A DNA stretch of 63,105 nt, counting the filler, from Folioceros fuciformis (Eukaryota): NCBI GenBank assembly GCA_049999805.1. It is 26 parts of 26 records of this genome, joined end to end, with 100 filler letters (N's around TTAATTAATTAA, not from the genome) between each part and the next. Parts side by side here need not be neighbours in the genome. Positions count along the whole stretch, not along the records: positions 45,526 to 50,821 come from JBNGIO010000020.1; positions 50,922 to 52,315 come from JBNGIO010000021.1; positions 52,416 to 53,523 come from JBNGIO010000022.1; positions 53,624 to 54,672 come from JBNGIO010000023.1; positions 54,773 to 55,780 come from JBNGIO010000024.1; positions 55,881 to 61,348 come from JBNGIO010000026.1; 20 more parts are not named here. One strand, 5' to 3'. A program made the position numbers and the translations under genes. The notes under the pieces were generated by a model, which searched no databases, had not been told where the DNA came from, and was given only the letters and a program-made list of their open reading frames with translations. This document shows, in pieces, positions 46,709 to 58,900 of this stretch. Numbering within the stretch: the stretch's first letter is position 1; the number at the start of each line of letters is the position of its first letter.

Positions 46709-49256
46709 AAGGACTTCTCCAGGGACGAGACCTGAAACATCAACTGCTGCCACCGGATCTGAAGAGACACGTGAATCGTCACCAGTTGAAGAGGCACTTG
46801 AAGCACCGTTTGCATTCTTTGCACCTGAAACGTCGCTTGCATCTGTCCTTCCAGAAGACCCCTTTGGTGTCTCAGAACTAGAAGACTACACGGTCTCAGA
46901 TCCTCCACCAAATCCTTCTCATACAGCAGACACATTGGCATCACCAGTAACTGCTCCTGAGCGGGATCATCAGCAGTCAGAGTCTCCCCCTAGTAGTCCG
47001 TCCCTGTCATATAAGTCTTCCTCCAGCAGTTCAGAGTCTTCGTTAGGATCCTTTGATAGTGCATCTTCGTTTTCCCTCAATAGATTATTTGACCTCAGTC
47101 AAACACAATTCGGTCAGCATACTGTCATGGGTACCAATCCTCCTACAAACGTCACTGTCAACAATTTCAAGTATGACTTTAAAGATAGAGACAGGTTCAA
47201 TGGTCAGCACTTTGACATCTGGATGATTAGAGTTCGTACCATTCTACAAGAGCAGGAACTTTGGGATTTTGTTACTGGCGCAACTCCAAGGCCAGCAACA
47301 CCTGCTGGAGGTGCAACTGCTGCAAGTCGAGCAGACCAGCATGCCTGGAAGCTCAAGGATCTTCGGGCACAAAATGTGATCCAGTCAGCACTGGACTTAA
47401 GCATGATGTCTCATGCTCGAGAGGCCTCAAGTTCCAAGGCAATCTGGGACTCTCTCTGCCAAGTTCACCAAAAGAAAAGCGTGACATCACTGGTTCATGC
47501 TACACGTGACTTCTACAATTTAAGAATGCGTGATAATGACACAGTTGAGAATCATGTCAGCCGGTTTCGGATGCTACGCACCAAACTTATTACTGCTGGC
47601 ACAACTGTGGATGAGCTCCAAGCAGCAGTGGCTCTCCTTATGTCGCTCCCAGAAAAGTACAACAGCTTTGTGAGTACACAAAATCAGCACATTACCACTG
47701 CCCAAGCAGCAGTGGCAGCAGGGACACAACCGACAATCACATTGTCAGACATCATTGGTGCTCTACTAAATGAGGAAGCCACTCACATTCGGGGTCGAGG
47801 CTCCTCCTCTCACAATCCGGCACGAGCCATGTTCATCTCCAGAGGACGAGGACGGCGTGCTCCAGGTGGACAACGACCACCTTACAAGCCCAGCACTCCT
47901 CGTGCACCTTCATGGCCTGCTTCGAAATCAAGCACATCAAAGAAGGGTCCCTGCACTTGGTGCAGAATTCCTGGCCACACAGAGCCAGAATGCCGTAAGA
48001 AACAAAACGGCGAACCAAAACGAGAAGCTCCACCTTCAGCCCATGTATCCTCAAAGAAAAGCACAGGGGCCATACTTACTGTATGCATGGTTTCCTTGTC
48101 ACAAGACATGCATGGTTGGTATCTAGATTCAGGTGCCACTACACATGTCTGTAATACACGTACAGCATTCACCACCTTTACTCCTTCTCCTAAGGGACAG
48201 TTCGTCCTTCTAGGTGATGACAGTGGTCTATGCATTGAGGGCACGGGTACAGTGGTCCTCTCTCCCATACATGGACAGCCAATCACATTAGTAGACGTCA
48301 TCTATGTTCCACAAATGGCAAAGAACTTAGTGTCTCTTAGACGTCTCTCACCTCCACTGCTTCGGCTTGAGATGACAACAGAGGGCCTTGCTCTCCGAGA
48401 GGCAGCTGCCCCAAATAAGCTGCTGGCTACCTGTACTCTTCACAATGAGCTGTACAAGTTTGATCTCACCAGCAACCCGGGGCAGCACCTGAAGGCCTCC
48501 ACTGCTAACATGGCCGTCTCCTCCAACGAGACCCAACTTTGGCACTGTCGACTGGGCCATGTACACTTACAGCGGCTGCAGTCACTGCCTGCTTCATCCT
48601 TGTATCGGACCTCTCTGAAGTTCAAATCCGATAAGTCACTCTTCTGCGAGGCCTGCATACAAGGGAAGCATCATAAAGCTCCTCACCCAAGTCATGAGGC
48701 TACCAGGGCCACTCATCTACTTCAAACTGTGCATACTGACCTCTGTGGCCCTATGTCCACACGCTCACTTGGTGGTGCCCTGTACTTTATGCACCTTATT
48801 GATGACTGGAGTCGGTTTACAGTCACTTATTTTTTTAAAGCATAAAAATGAAGCATTCTCTTGCTTCCTTCTGTACCTGGCCTATGCTCAACGCTTCACA
48901 GGTCAGAAACTTAAATGCCTCAGAAGTGACAATGGTGGTGAGTTTACCTCCGGCGAATTCATGGAGTTCTGCTAACGGGAGGGCATTCAACGGCAACTTA
49001 CCGTTCCCTATGAACATGAGCAAAACCCCCTGCCAGAAAATATGAACAAAATCACCCAGGCAGCTGCTAAGGCCATGCTTCACCTTGCCAAGCTTCCTCG
49101 CAGCTTTTGGGCCGAGGCAGTTGCAACAGCTGTGTATGTCCAGAACAGGCTGCCCACTCGAGCTTTCCCTGACGCCACTCCCTTCGAAAGGTGGACTGGT
49201 GTCAAGCCTCGTGTGGATCACCTTCGGATATGGGGCTGCCCTGCGTATGCACATAC
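46644..49256 (+). pseudogene. gag-pol: E4 Gag-PR-IN (Ser/acidic N-terminal extension; core Gag from ATG 47127)
   Basis: Copia motifs as listed for E4. Confidence 0.9.
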
Positions 49257-49340
49257 ACCACGGTTTATGGCCATAAACCGTGGTTTATGGCCTCAGTAGG
49301 AGTTCTCGCTAACAAGCACAAGCACACAATAACCGGCCCA

Positions 49341-49865
49341 AGGAAAAACTTGTTGGTCGTTGGACATAGGGAGATGAGCAGCTAGATCGTTGCGGAAGGT
49401 GTTGTGAGGAGACTTGTGAGGAAGGGGTGTTGGGTGTAGGGAGGTAGAAATCGGTAGGGGAAGGTACTGGGGCCCTTCCAAGTGAACGAATGGTGCCTTC
49501 CTACCGACTGGACGTGTTGAAGGTACGCGCTGGGAAAGGTTGAATGTCGTCGGCAAACGATAAACAGAGTTGGAGGGAGCAGAGTAGGCTTGGAGGAAAA
49601 CTTGTTGGTCGCTAGGCATAGGGTGACGAGCAGCTAGATTGTGGGTAGAGGAAGGTGCTGTAGAGAGCCTTGTGAGGAAAAGGTAGTGAGTGTAGGTTGG
49701 TAGAAATCGGTAGGGGAGGTACTGGGCCCTTCCAAGTGAAGGAATGGTGCCTACCTATTGACGGGATGTGTTGTAGGAATGGTAGAAACGTGATTGGAAA
49801 GTAGAAATCAGTAGGGGAGATACTGAGGCCTTCCAAGTGAACGAATGATGCCTACCTACTGACAT
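49341..49865. repeat. Degenerate ~250-bp direct repeat with a thrice-repeated ~55-bp core
   Basis: GTAGAAATC.GTAGGGGA...ACTG.G.CCTTCCAAGTGAA.GAATG.TGCCT near 49444, 49700 and 49801. Confidence 0.75.
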
Positions 49866-49929
49866 ACATGGATTCTTAGTTACCCTAGAAGAGGTCCCAC
49901 TAGGAGCACTAAGTGCATTCAAGAGGCCA

Positions 49930-50017
49930 AAGCGGAAGGGTCAGGATAACAAGCGGAAGGGTCAGGATAACAAGCCGAAGGGTCAGGATAACAAGCCGAA
50001 GGGTCAGGATAACAAGC
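49930..50017. repeat. 21-bp tandem repeat x4, with further units at about 50110-50144 inside a ~130-bp duplication
   Basis: AAGC(G/C)GAAGGGTCAGGATAAC. Confidence 0.9.
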
Positions 50018-50139
50018 CCAGAGCACAAATCTTTCTCTTCCTTCTATCTTTCTCTTCCTTCTATCTTTCTCTTCCTTCTCGAGGAGTGCCTTCACTGCCA
50101 CATTCATGACAGGATAACAAGCCGAAGGGTCAGGATAAC

Positions 50140-50600
50140 AAGCCCACAGCACAAATCTTTCTCTTCCTTCTCGAGGAGTGCCTTCACTGCCACATTCATG
50201 ACTGGTACGTGGCCTCCTCCTGGCTTTAGACGGGCGTTCCTGCATCCTGCCTTTGAAGCGTGATATGCTCTATCCTTTTCCCCACCAGGAATGTGCTTGC
50301 CTGCAGAGAACGTCACATGGTTAAACGACGCAGGCCCCCCTGTTCCAATATTCAGCTATATCCTCAACAGCGTGCATCCTGTCCGAGCCCTTGCTGTGTA
50401 TGCCCCGCGATCGGAGGCGTACAAGTCACCACATTCTTTGTGGCCAAGCTTTCAAAACCTTGTCGCGCATCGTTCAAGTGATCACGACTTTTTGCATACA
50501 AATCCACAAGCTTGGTACCCAACCCTACGTCATTCAGCAGTTCTCTATCCACGATCTGTGAGTGCAGCTTCCTGCCCTTCTGCAACGTTATCGCGTGTCG
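50140..50600 (-). pseudogene. PLS-class PPR gene remnant with a DYW(:KP)-like N-terminal fragment
   Basis: LQKGRKLHSQIVDRELLNDVGLGTKLVDLYAK..LNDARQGFESLATKNVVT....IAGHTQQGLGQDA (L/S motifs); GGHVPVMNVAVKALLEKEEKDLCCG. Confidence 0.8.
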
Positions 50601-50921
50601 CAGTCCTGTTCCTGTGTGTGATTGTGGTTGACAACTTTTGTTACCAGGGCATGGCAAGTGGAAATCGGGAAGCTTACAGGCCTCAGCTGCTTGCAGTAGT
50701 GTACGGTACAAAGCTTACTAGTAAATCCGGCTCATTCAGATTGAGCTGGTTGAACGCAAGGCCGTCGCCTCCTTGTGATGTTTATGGTGAAGCATACTGG
50801 TAACAGCTGATCGCGATGGTCNNNNNNNNNNNNNNNNNNNNNNNNNNNNNNNNNNNNNNNNNNNNTTAATTAATTAANNNNNNNNNNNNNNNNNNNNNNN
50901 NNNNNNNNNNNNNNNNNNNNN

Positions 50922-51076
50922 ACACCCCCAAACCCTGAAGCCCAAGGTGGACTTTGGGTATAAACACCCTGGTCTTACTCGCTTACTAAGCCGATTCGCC
51001 TGTCCCTTCACAAAAAGAATCACAACCTGCTCATTCCGTCGCTCAAAATGGGGATTCCGAAAGTTTTTTTCGTTCA
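50922..51076 (-). repeat. LTR-like dispersed repeat (TGAACGAAAAAA... start on minus); further copies at 53624-54114 and 61449-61966
   Basis: Three near-identical copies sharing one boundary; copies 1 and 2 also share adjacent internal sequence (CCGCGAGGTCCACA...ATGATTTGTG). Confidence 0.8.
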
Positions 51077-51663
51077 TACCAGGCCCCGCAGCCTCGGCCC
51101 CCAAGGCCTGGCGGCGCCCTCTTGGTGCCCCATCGGCCTGTCCGTTGCAGCTGCCTGCGCCCTTTTGTGCCCGCTCTGTGGTAGCACCCTGAGCTACGGG
51201 GTGGCAGAGTGGCGCCCTTCTCGATGCTCCTCGGTGCTTCGCGTTACTCGGTTGTGCACACCGCCTTGTGCGCGAACAAGGCAACAGCGCCCTGACCAAG
51301 CTTCGCAGCCCACTCTTGCATACCACATGCCTTGTTGCTCCATGTGGTGTTAAAATATGATACCCGGGGGTACCGCGAGGTCCACACAAGCCCTCTTTGT
51401 CGTTGTAGCTCTGGGATTCAATCCCAAGGGAATGATTTGTGTTAAACTACACAGGTTAGCTTCTAAAGTCAATTAACACCTAAAGCTCGACTGACCCACA
51501 CACAAAAGTCTAGTGCTCGGACCTTACCAAGCCTCCTTACTTCTTCCACCAGACGACCCCTCAACCACCCAGTCGCACCAGGGACTACCTCCCCCTGGAC
51601 TACTCTTGGTTGCCCACCGGGCTACCCTCCGTTCCCCAATGGACTACTACCGTCGCCCCTTGG

Positions 51664-51761
51664 ACTACCTCCGTGGCTTTTCAGGCTACCTCCGTGGCTT
51701 TTCGGGCTACCTCCGTGGCTTTTCGGGCTACCTCCGTCGCTTTTCGGGCTACCTCCGTCGC
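51664..51761. repeat. 21-bp tandem repeat x4-5
   Basis: CTACCTCCGTGGCTTTTCGGG variants. Confidence 0.9.
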
Positions 51762-52536
51762 CTGAAAGGCGACGGTCTACCGCTCGTGGGTCCCACTCTC
51801 TCTCTCTCTCTCTCAGTTCCCTCTCTCTAGGGTTTTCTCTCCCTAGGATTTCCTCTCTCCCACCGGGTCGTTACTACCCGACTAATTACCTCTTGCACGC
51901 GCATCCCCTTTTGCGCTTCCCTTCCTTGGTTCACCACAAAACCGGCTCACTCACCTCAGGAACAAGCGCACGCACACATGAACAGCAGCAATCTGTTGGA
52001 CGCCTTCCACCCGCGTGATCTCACACCTTAGATACACCCCCTGCGGTCTCAATTCAGCTTCTTCACAGCCTCTCCAATCTCATCGCGACTAGTCACACAT
52101 ACACACCACGTCTCGTTGCACCCCACACACATTACTCACCTCGCCTCCAGGGTTTCCCCGGCTTTGTTCTCTCTTACCCCACTCACCAGCTCTCTGTATA
52201 CATTTTGCCCATCTTAACAGTCGTCAGATCACTTCCACTCCGCTTCACTTCCTGCTTCCACTCCTTCAAGCTTCCTTTTCGCATTCGCTCTTACCCACTA
52301 CTCGGCCACTCGCTCNNNNNNNNNNNNNNNNNNNNNNNNNNNNNNNNNNNNNNNNNNNNTTAATTAATTAANNNNNNNNNNNNNNNNNNNNNNNNNNNNN
52401 NNNNNNNNNNNNNNNGCCTGCGGCCCGACTGTGCTGCTGGGCAGCCTGCCTGCCAGCATGCCCCCCCGGATCTAGCCGCCTGCAGCCAGTCGCTTGCTGG
52501 TATAGCGGCTGCGATCGCCAGCCCGCCTGGATCCGA

Positions 52537-52624
52537 GCAACCCGTCACGACGATTCGGGCAACCCGTCACGACGATTCGGGCAACCCGTCACGACGATTC
52601 GGGCAACCCGTCACGACGATCCGG
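52537..52624. repeat. 22-bp tandem repeat x4
   Basis: GCAACCCGTCACGACGATTCGG. Confidence 0.9.
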
Positions 52625-55188
52625 CGCTGGCCGCCTGCCAACTTCCAAATCCAGCCCGACTGGTCGAGCAGTCAGGCCAAACTGGCTGTGCCGACCTGTT
52701 TGCAGCTCGCTAGGCCGACTGGTCGAGCAGCCCCCAACTAGCCATCCGCCTACCTAGCTCTAGCGAACCCCCCATCAGGCTGCTACTTGCTTGTGCTCCG
52801 CCGCCGCCCGCCTAGCCTACACGACTGCCTGCTAGGCAACCTGTCCGATCTGGCCCAGCCCCCGGCCTAGGTCTGGCCATGCGGCCTGCCAGCAGCCAGG
52901 CCGCCTACCTGGCTGCTGCCTACTCCTCCCTTGGCCAACTGGCTGCCTGGCCTCGCCCAGGCCAAGTTAGCGGACCCGTGTGGCTAGCCGAACAGCCGGT
53001 CCATTAGTCACCCGACTACCCTCTAGCCTACTGACCCTGAGGCGACACTCCCCCTACCTGGCCATCTGGCTGGCTAACTTTCCCCGAACCTGATGCTCCC
53101 ACAACCTTAGGCCCTCCTTGCGTGACTGCCTGCTCTCGGGCCCGTCTGTCCCAGGCACCGCTATCCCCGTCTCCCGCTTCCACCAGCATCGACTAGAGAG
53201 AGCCCCGCTTGCCTTCCATGACGTCCTAGGGTTTACTATTCCTCCGTCACCTTACCCCAGGAACCAGAGCCCACGTCCTATCTACCACACAACCTACCTA
53301 CCCTATCGACTCACCATCATTCTAGCTACTATTCTAACCTAATCTCCCCACCTTTCCTCTACAACACTCCCTCACAAATCCAAAAAAAAAGAAAACCTAT
53401 CCTTTCCCAGGGGTCTGTTCAGCATGTGGAGTCCACACTTACCTTAGGGAAGCCTAGAATGTTGGACGGACCTTAGAGATGCTTAAAGATGGACTCAACA
53501 AGATAAGATCATCCACATATATGNNNNNNNNNNNNNNNNNNNNNNNNNNNNNNNNNNNNNNNNNNNNTTAATTAATTAANNNNNNNNNNNNNNNNNNNNN
53601 NNNNNNNNNNNNNNNNNNNNNNNCTGCTCGACCCTTACGCCCTGCGCCGTCTGTCCCGTCGTCCTGGCGCCTTCGCCTTCCTCAGCCACTTTACGCTTCA
53701 CGTTACTCCCGCTCCCCACGCTTCCGGATACTGGACAAAGCTCCCCTTTCTCTAGGGTTTTTATACCCTGCCTGCTTTCTCTTCTTACCGCCCATCGGGC
53801 TACCACCAGTCGTTCCTCCGGCGACGGTTGCCCTGCCGGCTACCGTCACCCCGTCGTCTCGGCCCTTACTTTGGCCTACCTTAATGTTCTAAAGGACTCG
53901 AGGGTCACGGAGGCACTCGTTGCTTCCTCCTTCCTCCTTGTCCTGATCTCGAGTACACCCCAAACCCCGAAGCCCAAGGTGGACTTTGGGTATAAACACC
54001 CTGGTATACACACCTTTGGCTTACTAAGCCGATTCGCCTGTCCCTTCACAAAAAGAATCACAACCTGCTCATTCCGTCGCTCAAAATGGGGATTCCGAAA
54101 GTTTTTTTCGTTCACACCCGGCCTCGCCTATTGTGGAGTGAAATGTTGTGTCCGGGGACACCGCGAGGTCCACATTCACCCTCTATGTCGTTGTACTCGT
54201 AGGATTCGCTCCTAAGGAAATGATTTGTGCTAAGTAATGTGGATTTCTACTACTATTGACTCTTACCTAGGTTAGGACTCCCCTACTACCACCCCTACTA
54301 CCTACTAGCTCCCTACCTCTACCCCCAGGTAGCCCAGCTACCACGAACCCTACTCTACACTCCAGTTCCTACTCCACAACCGCGATCACTGGTTCCGCAA
54401 CCGGTAGTGGTCTCCACGATTGTGGTGGGTCCCACCCAATGCCCTAACTAATATTTTCCGGCACATGCACCGCCAAGGGTTTCCACCACGGGTTTCTGCC
54501 CCAGGAGCTTCCCGACTAACAAATCTGGTCTTATTGGATGCCCTCCACACATGCAAATGCTAATCCTTGGGGAACAAGACCCCGCAGATCAGCCACACTT
54601 CTCCACACACACACACACACACAAACTATGGTGCACACTCTTTCTTCACAAGCCTAGTTCTAGAGGTCTCCANNNNNNNNNNNNNNNNNNNNNNNNNNNN
54701 NNNNNNNNNNNNNNNNTTAATTAATTAANNNNNNNNNNNNNNNNNNNNNNNNNNNNNNNNNNNNNNNNNNNNGCCGGTCCTGTGCAGGCGTCCCTGCTGA
54801 GTTACAGCGACCTCGTCGACGGGAAGGCATTATAGGCTAATTCTGTCTTGCAGGCAGGAGAGCATGGCCTTCGACAGAGCTCAGCCAGCATCAAGAGATG
54901 ATGTTGAGTTGCGTTGAAGTCTCTGTTGCTCTTCCTGGAAAATCAGATTAGTCTGAAAAAGATAGGATTCTTATTTCTTCATCCTGCTAGGCAGCGGAAG
55001 GACATATGATGGTAATACTAAATCAAGGCTTGTATATGCACGCCTATTTAGGCGCATTGACGATACGCAGTGTACGTTATGGTAAGAGCCATTGATTGTA
55101 TAAGAATACCAATCTGATAGCCCTAGGTATCGATATCTGAAGGCTTGGCCACGAGTATCAGAAGCCATCACAATTGTTCATGATTCAT

Positions 55189-55408
55189 GGCTCTGATACC
55201 ATGTAAAGAAAAGTACAGCAGGAGAAGAGAGCATAAACAAAGATATTGAAATATGCATAAGTTAATAATACAAAGAGTTGTGTAATGTATATAAGCCTAT
55301 CCTCTAGGCTAAGCACCCCTTGAATTAATAACCTAAATATAATTAACCGAGAGGTTAATGTAAATCAATCTAGGTGAAACCCTAAGCAAGGGAGGTTACC
55401 CCGTAACA
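55189..55408 (-). mobile_element. Complete 207-bp 5' LTR (55408-55202) and PBS (55201-55189) of another element, probably Copia
   Basis: Minus strand reads TGTTACGGGGTAACC...TTTACA then TGGTATCAGAGCC; LTR start resembles the E1/E2 LTR starts. Confidence 0.85.
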
Positions 55409-55779
55409 TTTCGTTCCCACGAAGGAGCGATGGAATTCCTTGCTGCTGTGGATGGAGGGTCGGACTCAATCGACTCGATGATGGATTCGAGGGCTCCCCT
55501 CCAGCTTTGATTAAGCGTAGGACGGGCCTCGCTGTCCAGCGGTTAGCTGCATGTGGAGGCAAAACCTTGGGCACTGATTGCCGACGGGTTCCACCTTTAG
55601 TGCCCACACTTATCTCACTGTCGTTGAGACATTGGGTTTCGTTCCCACGAAGGAGCGATGGGGTTCCTTGCTGCTGTGGATGGAGGGTCGGATTCAATCG
55701 ACTCGATGATGGATTCGAGGGCTCCCCTCCAGTTCCGATCAGGCGTAGGACAGGCCTCGCTGTCCAGCGGTCAGCTGCA
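55409..55779 (+). repeat. 228-bp TG...CA unit in head-to-tail tandem (partial unit plus full unit 55552-55779); further copy at 45224-45425
   Basis: Period of 228 nt; junction GCTGCA|TGTGGAGG. Confidence 0.85.
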
Positions 55780-55935
55780 CNNNNNNNNNNNNNNNNNNNN
55801 NNNNNNNNNNNNNNNNNNNNNNNNTTAATTAATTAANNNNNNNNNNNNNNNNNNNNNNNNNNNNNNNNNNNNNNNNNNNNAGACCTTCATTCGAAGGTCT
55901 ACAGTTGGACCTTGCAGTTGTGAATCTCTTCGGCG

Positions 55936-58900
55936 ATGAGTACCAGGGGGATACAGTTTGGTTCTGGTGACGAGGATGACTCGGCAGAAGCAGACGGCTT
56001 GGCCTCTCCCGCAACGCGCACGGGAGGTGGTGGAAGCTCTCCTGCTTCGACTGCGGGCCATCCTGGAGGCGTCGCTGCACAAGCTCACGGAACTCAGACT
56101 CCTCTCGGGAGATTCGGGACAGGGAATACAGGGGGAGCCACCGTTCCTGGCAGAGTTCCTGCGGCAGGGGGTGTCTCTAATGTGCCTGGGGGAAGCGCCC
56201 AGCACATACCTGGTGCGCCTGCTCTCGGAAGCGGTGGATTGTTTCCGAATCCTCTGGCTGGTCTTTATGCTGCACCGGGAGGCTTCGGGATTCCAAATTG
56301 GTACACAGGTCTTAGTGGAAATTATGGTTCGTATGGTGGCCCAGCTGGCTATGTACAAGTCCCGCCCGTGCCACCTCCACCTACATTTCCTCCTGTACCA
56401 TCTTCTAATCCACCACCGCCCGTCCCTCCTGTTCCTCCTGTACAACCGACATCTCCTGGTCCTGGTTCACCAACGACACCACAGCACGTTTATCAGCCTG
56501 CCTATACCATTGAGTTCAAAGAACGTGACAGGTTTAATGGAACTAAATACCCTGTCTGGAGTGTGCGTATGCGAGCTGCACTTGAAGCTCGACACGTTTG
56601 GTCCGTTGTGACAGGACAGTACCCTGAACCTCAACCCACTGCTACTCAGGATGATAGAGACAGGTGGGTTAATGCAAACAGTGTTGCTCGTGCTTTGCTC
56701 ATTAGTGGGCTGGATGAAGTGCTTGTTCCCGATGTTGCTTATCTCTTAAAGGCTGAGGACATCTGGAAGCAACTGGCACAGACACATGATGTGAGGAACA
56801 TTCATACCCTGTGCCACGTACGAACCGAGCTATTCTCCCTGCGCATGAAGGAGGGTGAGAAAGTTGGTACCTTTGTTGCCAAGTTCAGGCTCTTACGTTC
56901 CCAGCTGATTTCATTGGGGACACAACTTGATGATGTCAATGCCGTTGCACAATTACTAAGCAGCTTGCCTCCCAGTTATCAATCCTTTGTATCCAGCTAC
57001 GGTGCCATTCTCAATGCTGCACAGCAAGCTGCAGCTCTTGGATTGGCTCCCCAGATTTCATTCACTGAAGTGGTTGGCGCCTTACTCCAAGAAGAGCAAA
57101 GTCGGGGCCACCATTCACCTGGAAAGACAAAGGTTGATAAGGTCCTTTACTTGAATAAACAAAAATTTCAAGGGAAAGGAAAACACACGTCTGGTGTTGG
57201 TGCTTCCAAACCAGTATCTGGCAAGCGGGCAGGCTCATGTAATTGGTGTGGCATCCCAGGGCACTGGGAACGTGAATGCAAGAAGAAGAAAAATGGAGAA
57301 CCGAAAAAGGCCGAGAAGACCCAGAAGGTGGTTGAGGCGCATTCAGTTTCCAAAGACAGGTCTTCTTCCTCCAGCAAGCCGCCTGTGGTGATGACTGTGT
57401 GTCATCACATTTCCGTTTGTGAACCTGATTCGTGGTATCTGGATTCGGGAGCAACTTCCCATATTTGCCACAATAAGAACCTGCTTACTAATTTCATTCC
57501 TACAAGAACAAATGAGAAGGTTCTTCTGGGAGATGAACTTTCACAGACAGGCCTTAAGATTCACGGCAAAGGCTCTTGTACCTTTCAACTGAAGGATGGC
57601 ACCGCTCTTCAGCTTGATCACGTCTTATATGTCCCTACCATGGCCAAGCACCTCCTGTCCGTTAGCCAGCTTATGAAGCTTCGAAAATTTAATCTCAGCT
57701 TTTCGGTATCTGGTTGCACGCTTACGCACACAGATGCTGCACAAGGCGTTCCCCTAGCTCGAGGGATCTTGGTCGATGACCTTTATAAGCTGGACATATG
57801 TTGTCAACCTGCGCACAGGGTTTCTGTGGCTGCCAACACACAGTCCTCGTTAGCCCTACTTTGGATTGCTCGTTTAGGACATGCAAACAAAAACAGACTT
57901 CTAAAAATGTCCACTGTGGACTGCTATAGGGAGCCGCTGCCTAAATGTTTCAAGGAACTTCCCCTTTGTGACTCATGTATTTTGGCCAAGCAAAAGGAGT
58001 TACCTTTTCCAACTGCTGTTGCTCACAGGACCTCTAACGTCCTTGATCTTGTGCACACGGACATATCTGGCAAGATACATGTTCCTTCTTTGGGAGGCTC
58101 CAATTACTACCTCACCTTGATTGACGACTATAGCAGATACTGCTGGACATATCCTCTTACTAAGAAATCAGATACCTTCCTGGTATTTCAAGAGTGGCTT
58201 CCCATGGTTCAGCGTCAGACGGGTCGGCTTCTTCGCTGCTTGCGTTCTGACAACGGGGGCGAGTTTGTGAATCCAGCTTTTGACCAGTTTCTTGCAGACC
58301 GTGGCATCCTACGCCAGCTTGCTGTTCCCTACACCCAAACAACAAAACGGTGTAGCCGAACGTCGTCAGCAAACTCAGCTGGGCATGACTCGCAGCATGC
58401 TTCAGTGGTCTGGCCTGCCCAAATCGTACTGGGCAGAGGCTGTTGTTACAGCAACATATATTATGAATCGTCTACTTACGGATTCTGTACCAGGGCGTAC
58501 TCCATTCGAAGTTATGTGGCAGCGTCGACCCAGCATACTCCATCTTCGTGTCTTTGGGTCTCCTGCATATGCCTATGTTCCTGCAGAAAAACGCAAGAAG
58601 TTAGATGCCCGTGCACTGCCCTATATTTTTGTTGGTTATGGTGAAGAGACCAAGGCTTACAAGCTTTATGACCCTATTTCTCGGTCATGTATTTATGCCC
58701 GCAGTGTCACTTTCAAGGAGCTTACTCAACCTGCTGTTTCTCATCCTGCTGATGTACCTCCTCCCGTCTTTACTGCGGATGATTTTGACACTTCTGTTTC
58801 CGAATTTCCTCACGACCTATATATGGTTTCTTCTTCAGAGGGAATGCCTGCTAGTGGTTCAGGGGGTGATCCCTTACCATCATCTGAAAATCCGCAGCCT

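Larger units (their letters stand above)
45526..49256 (+). mobile_element. Ty1/Copia element E4: 5' part only, truncated in integrase
   Basis: PBS TGGTATCAGAGC at 45599; gag FKDRDRFNG and CTWCRIPGHTEPEC; WYLDSGAT; IN with a frameshift near 48840 and a stop at 48973; ends at HLRIWGCPAYAH. Confidence 0.93.

Noticed and set aside
55552-55779. Cassandra TRIM (5S-containing LTR)
   Set aside because: No recognisable 5S rRNA A/C box similarity on either strand
58325-58345. Programmed frameshift in E5 integrase
   Set aside because: Falls inside the conserved YTPQQNG motif, which is uninterrupted in E1-E3; best explained as a mutation or sequencing error
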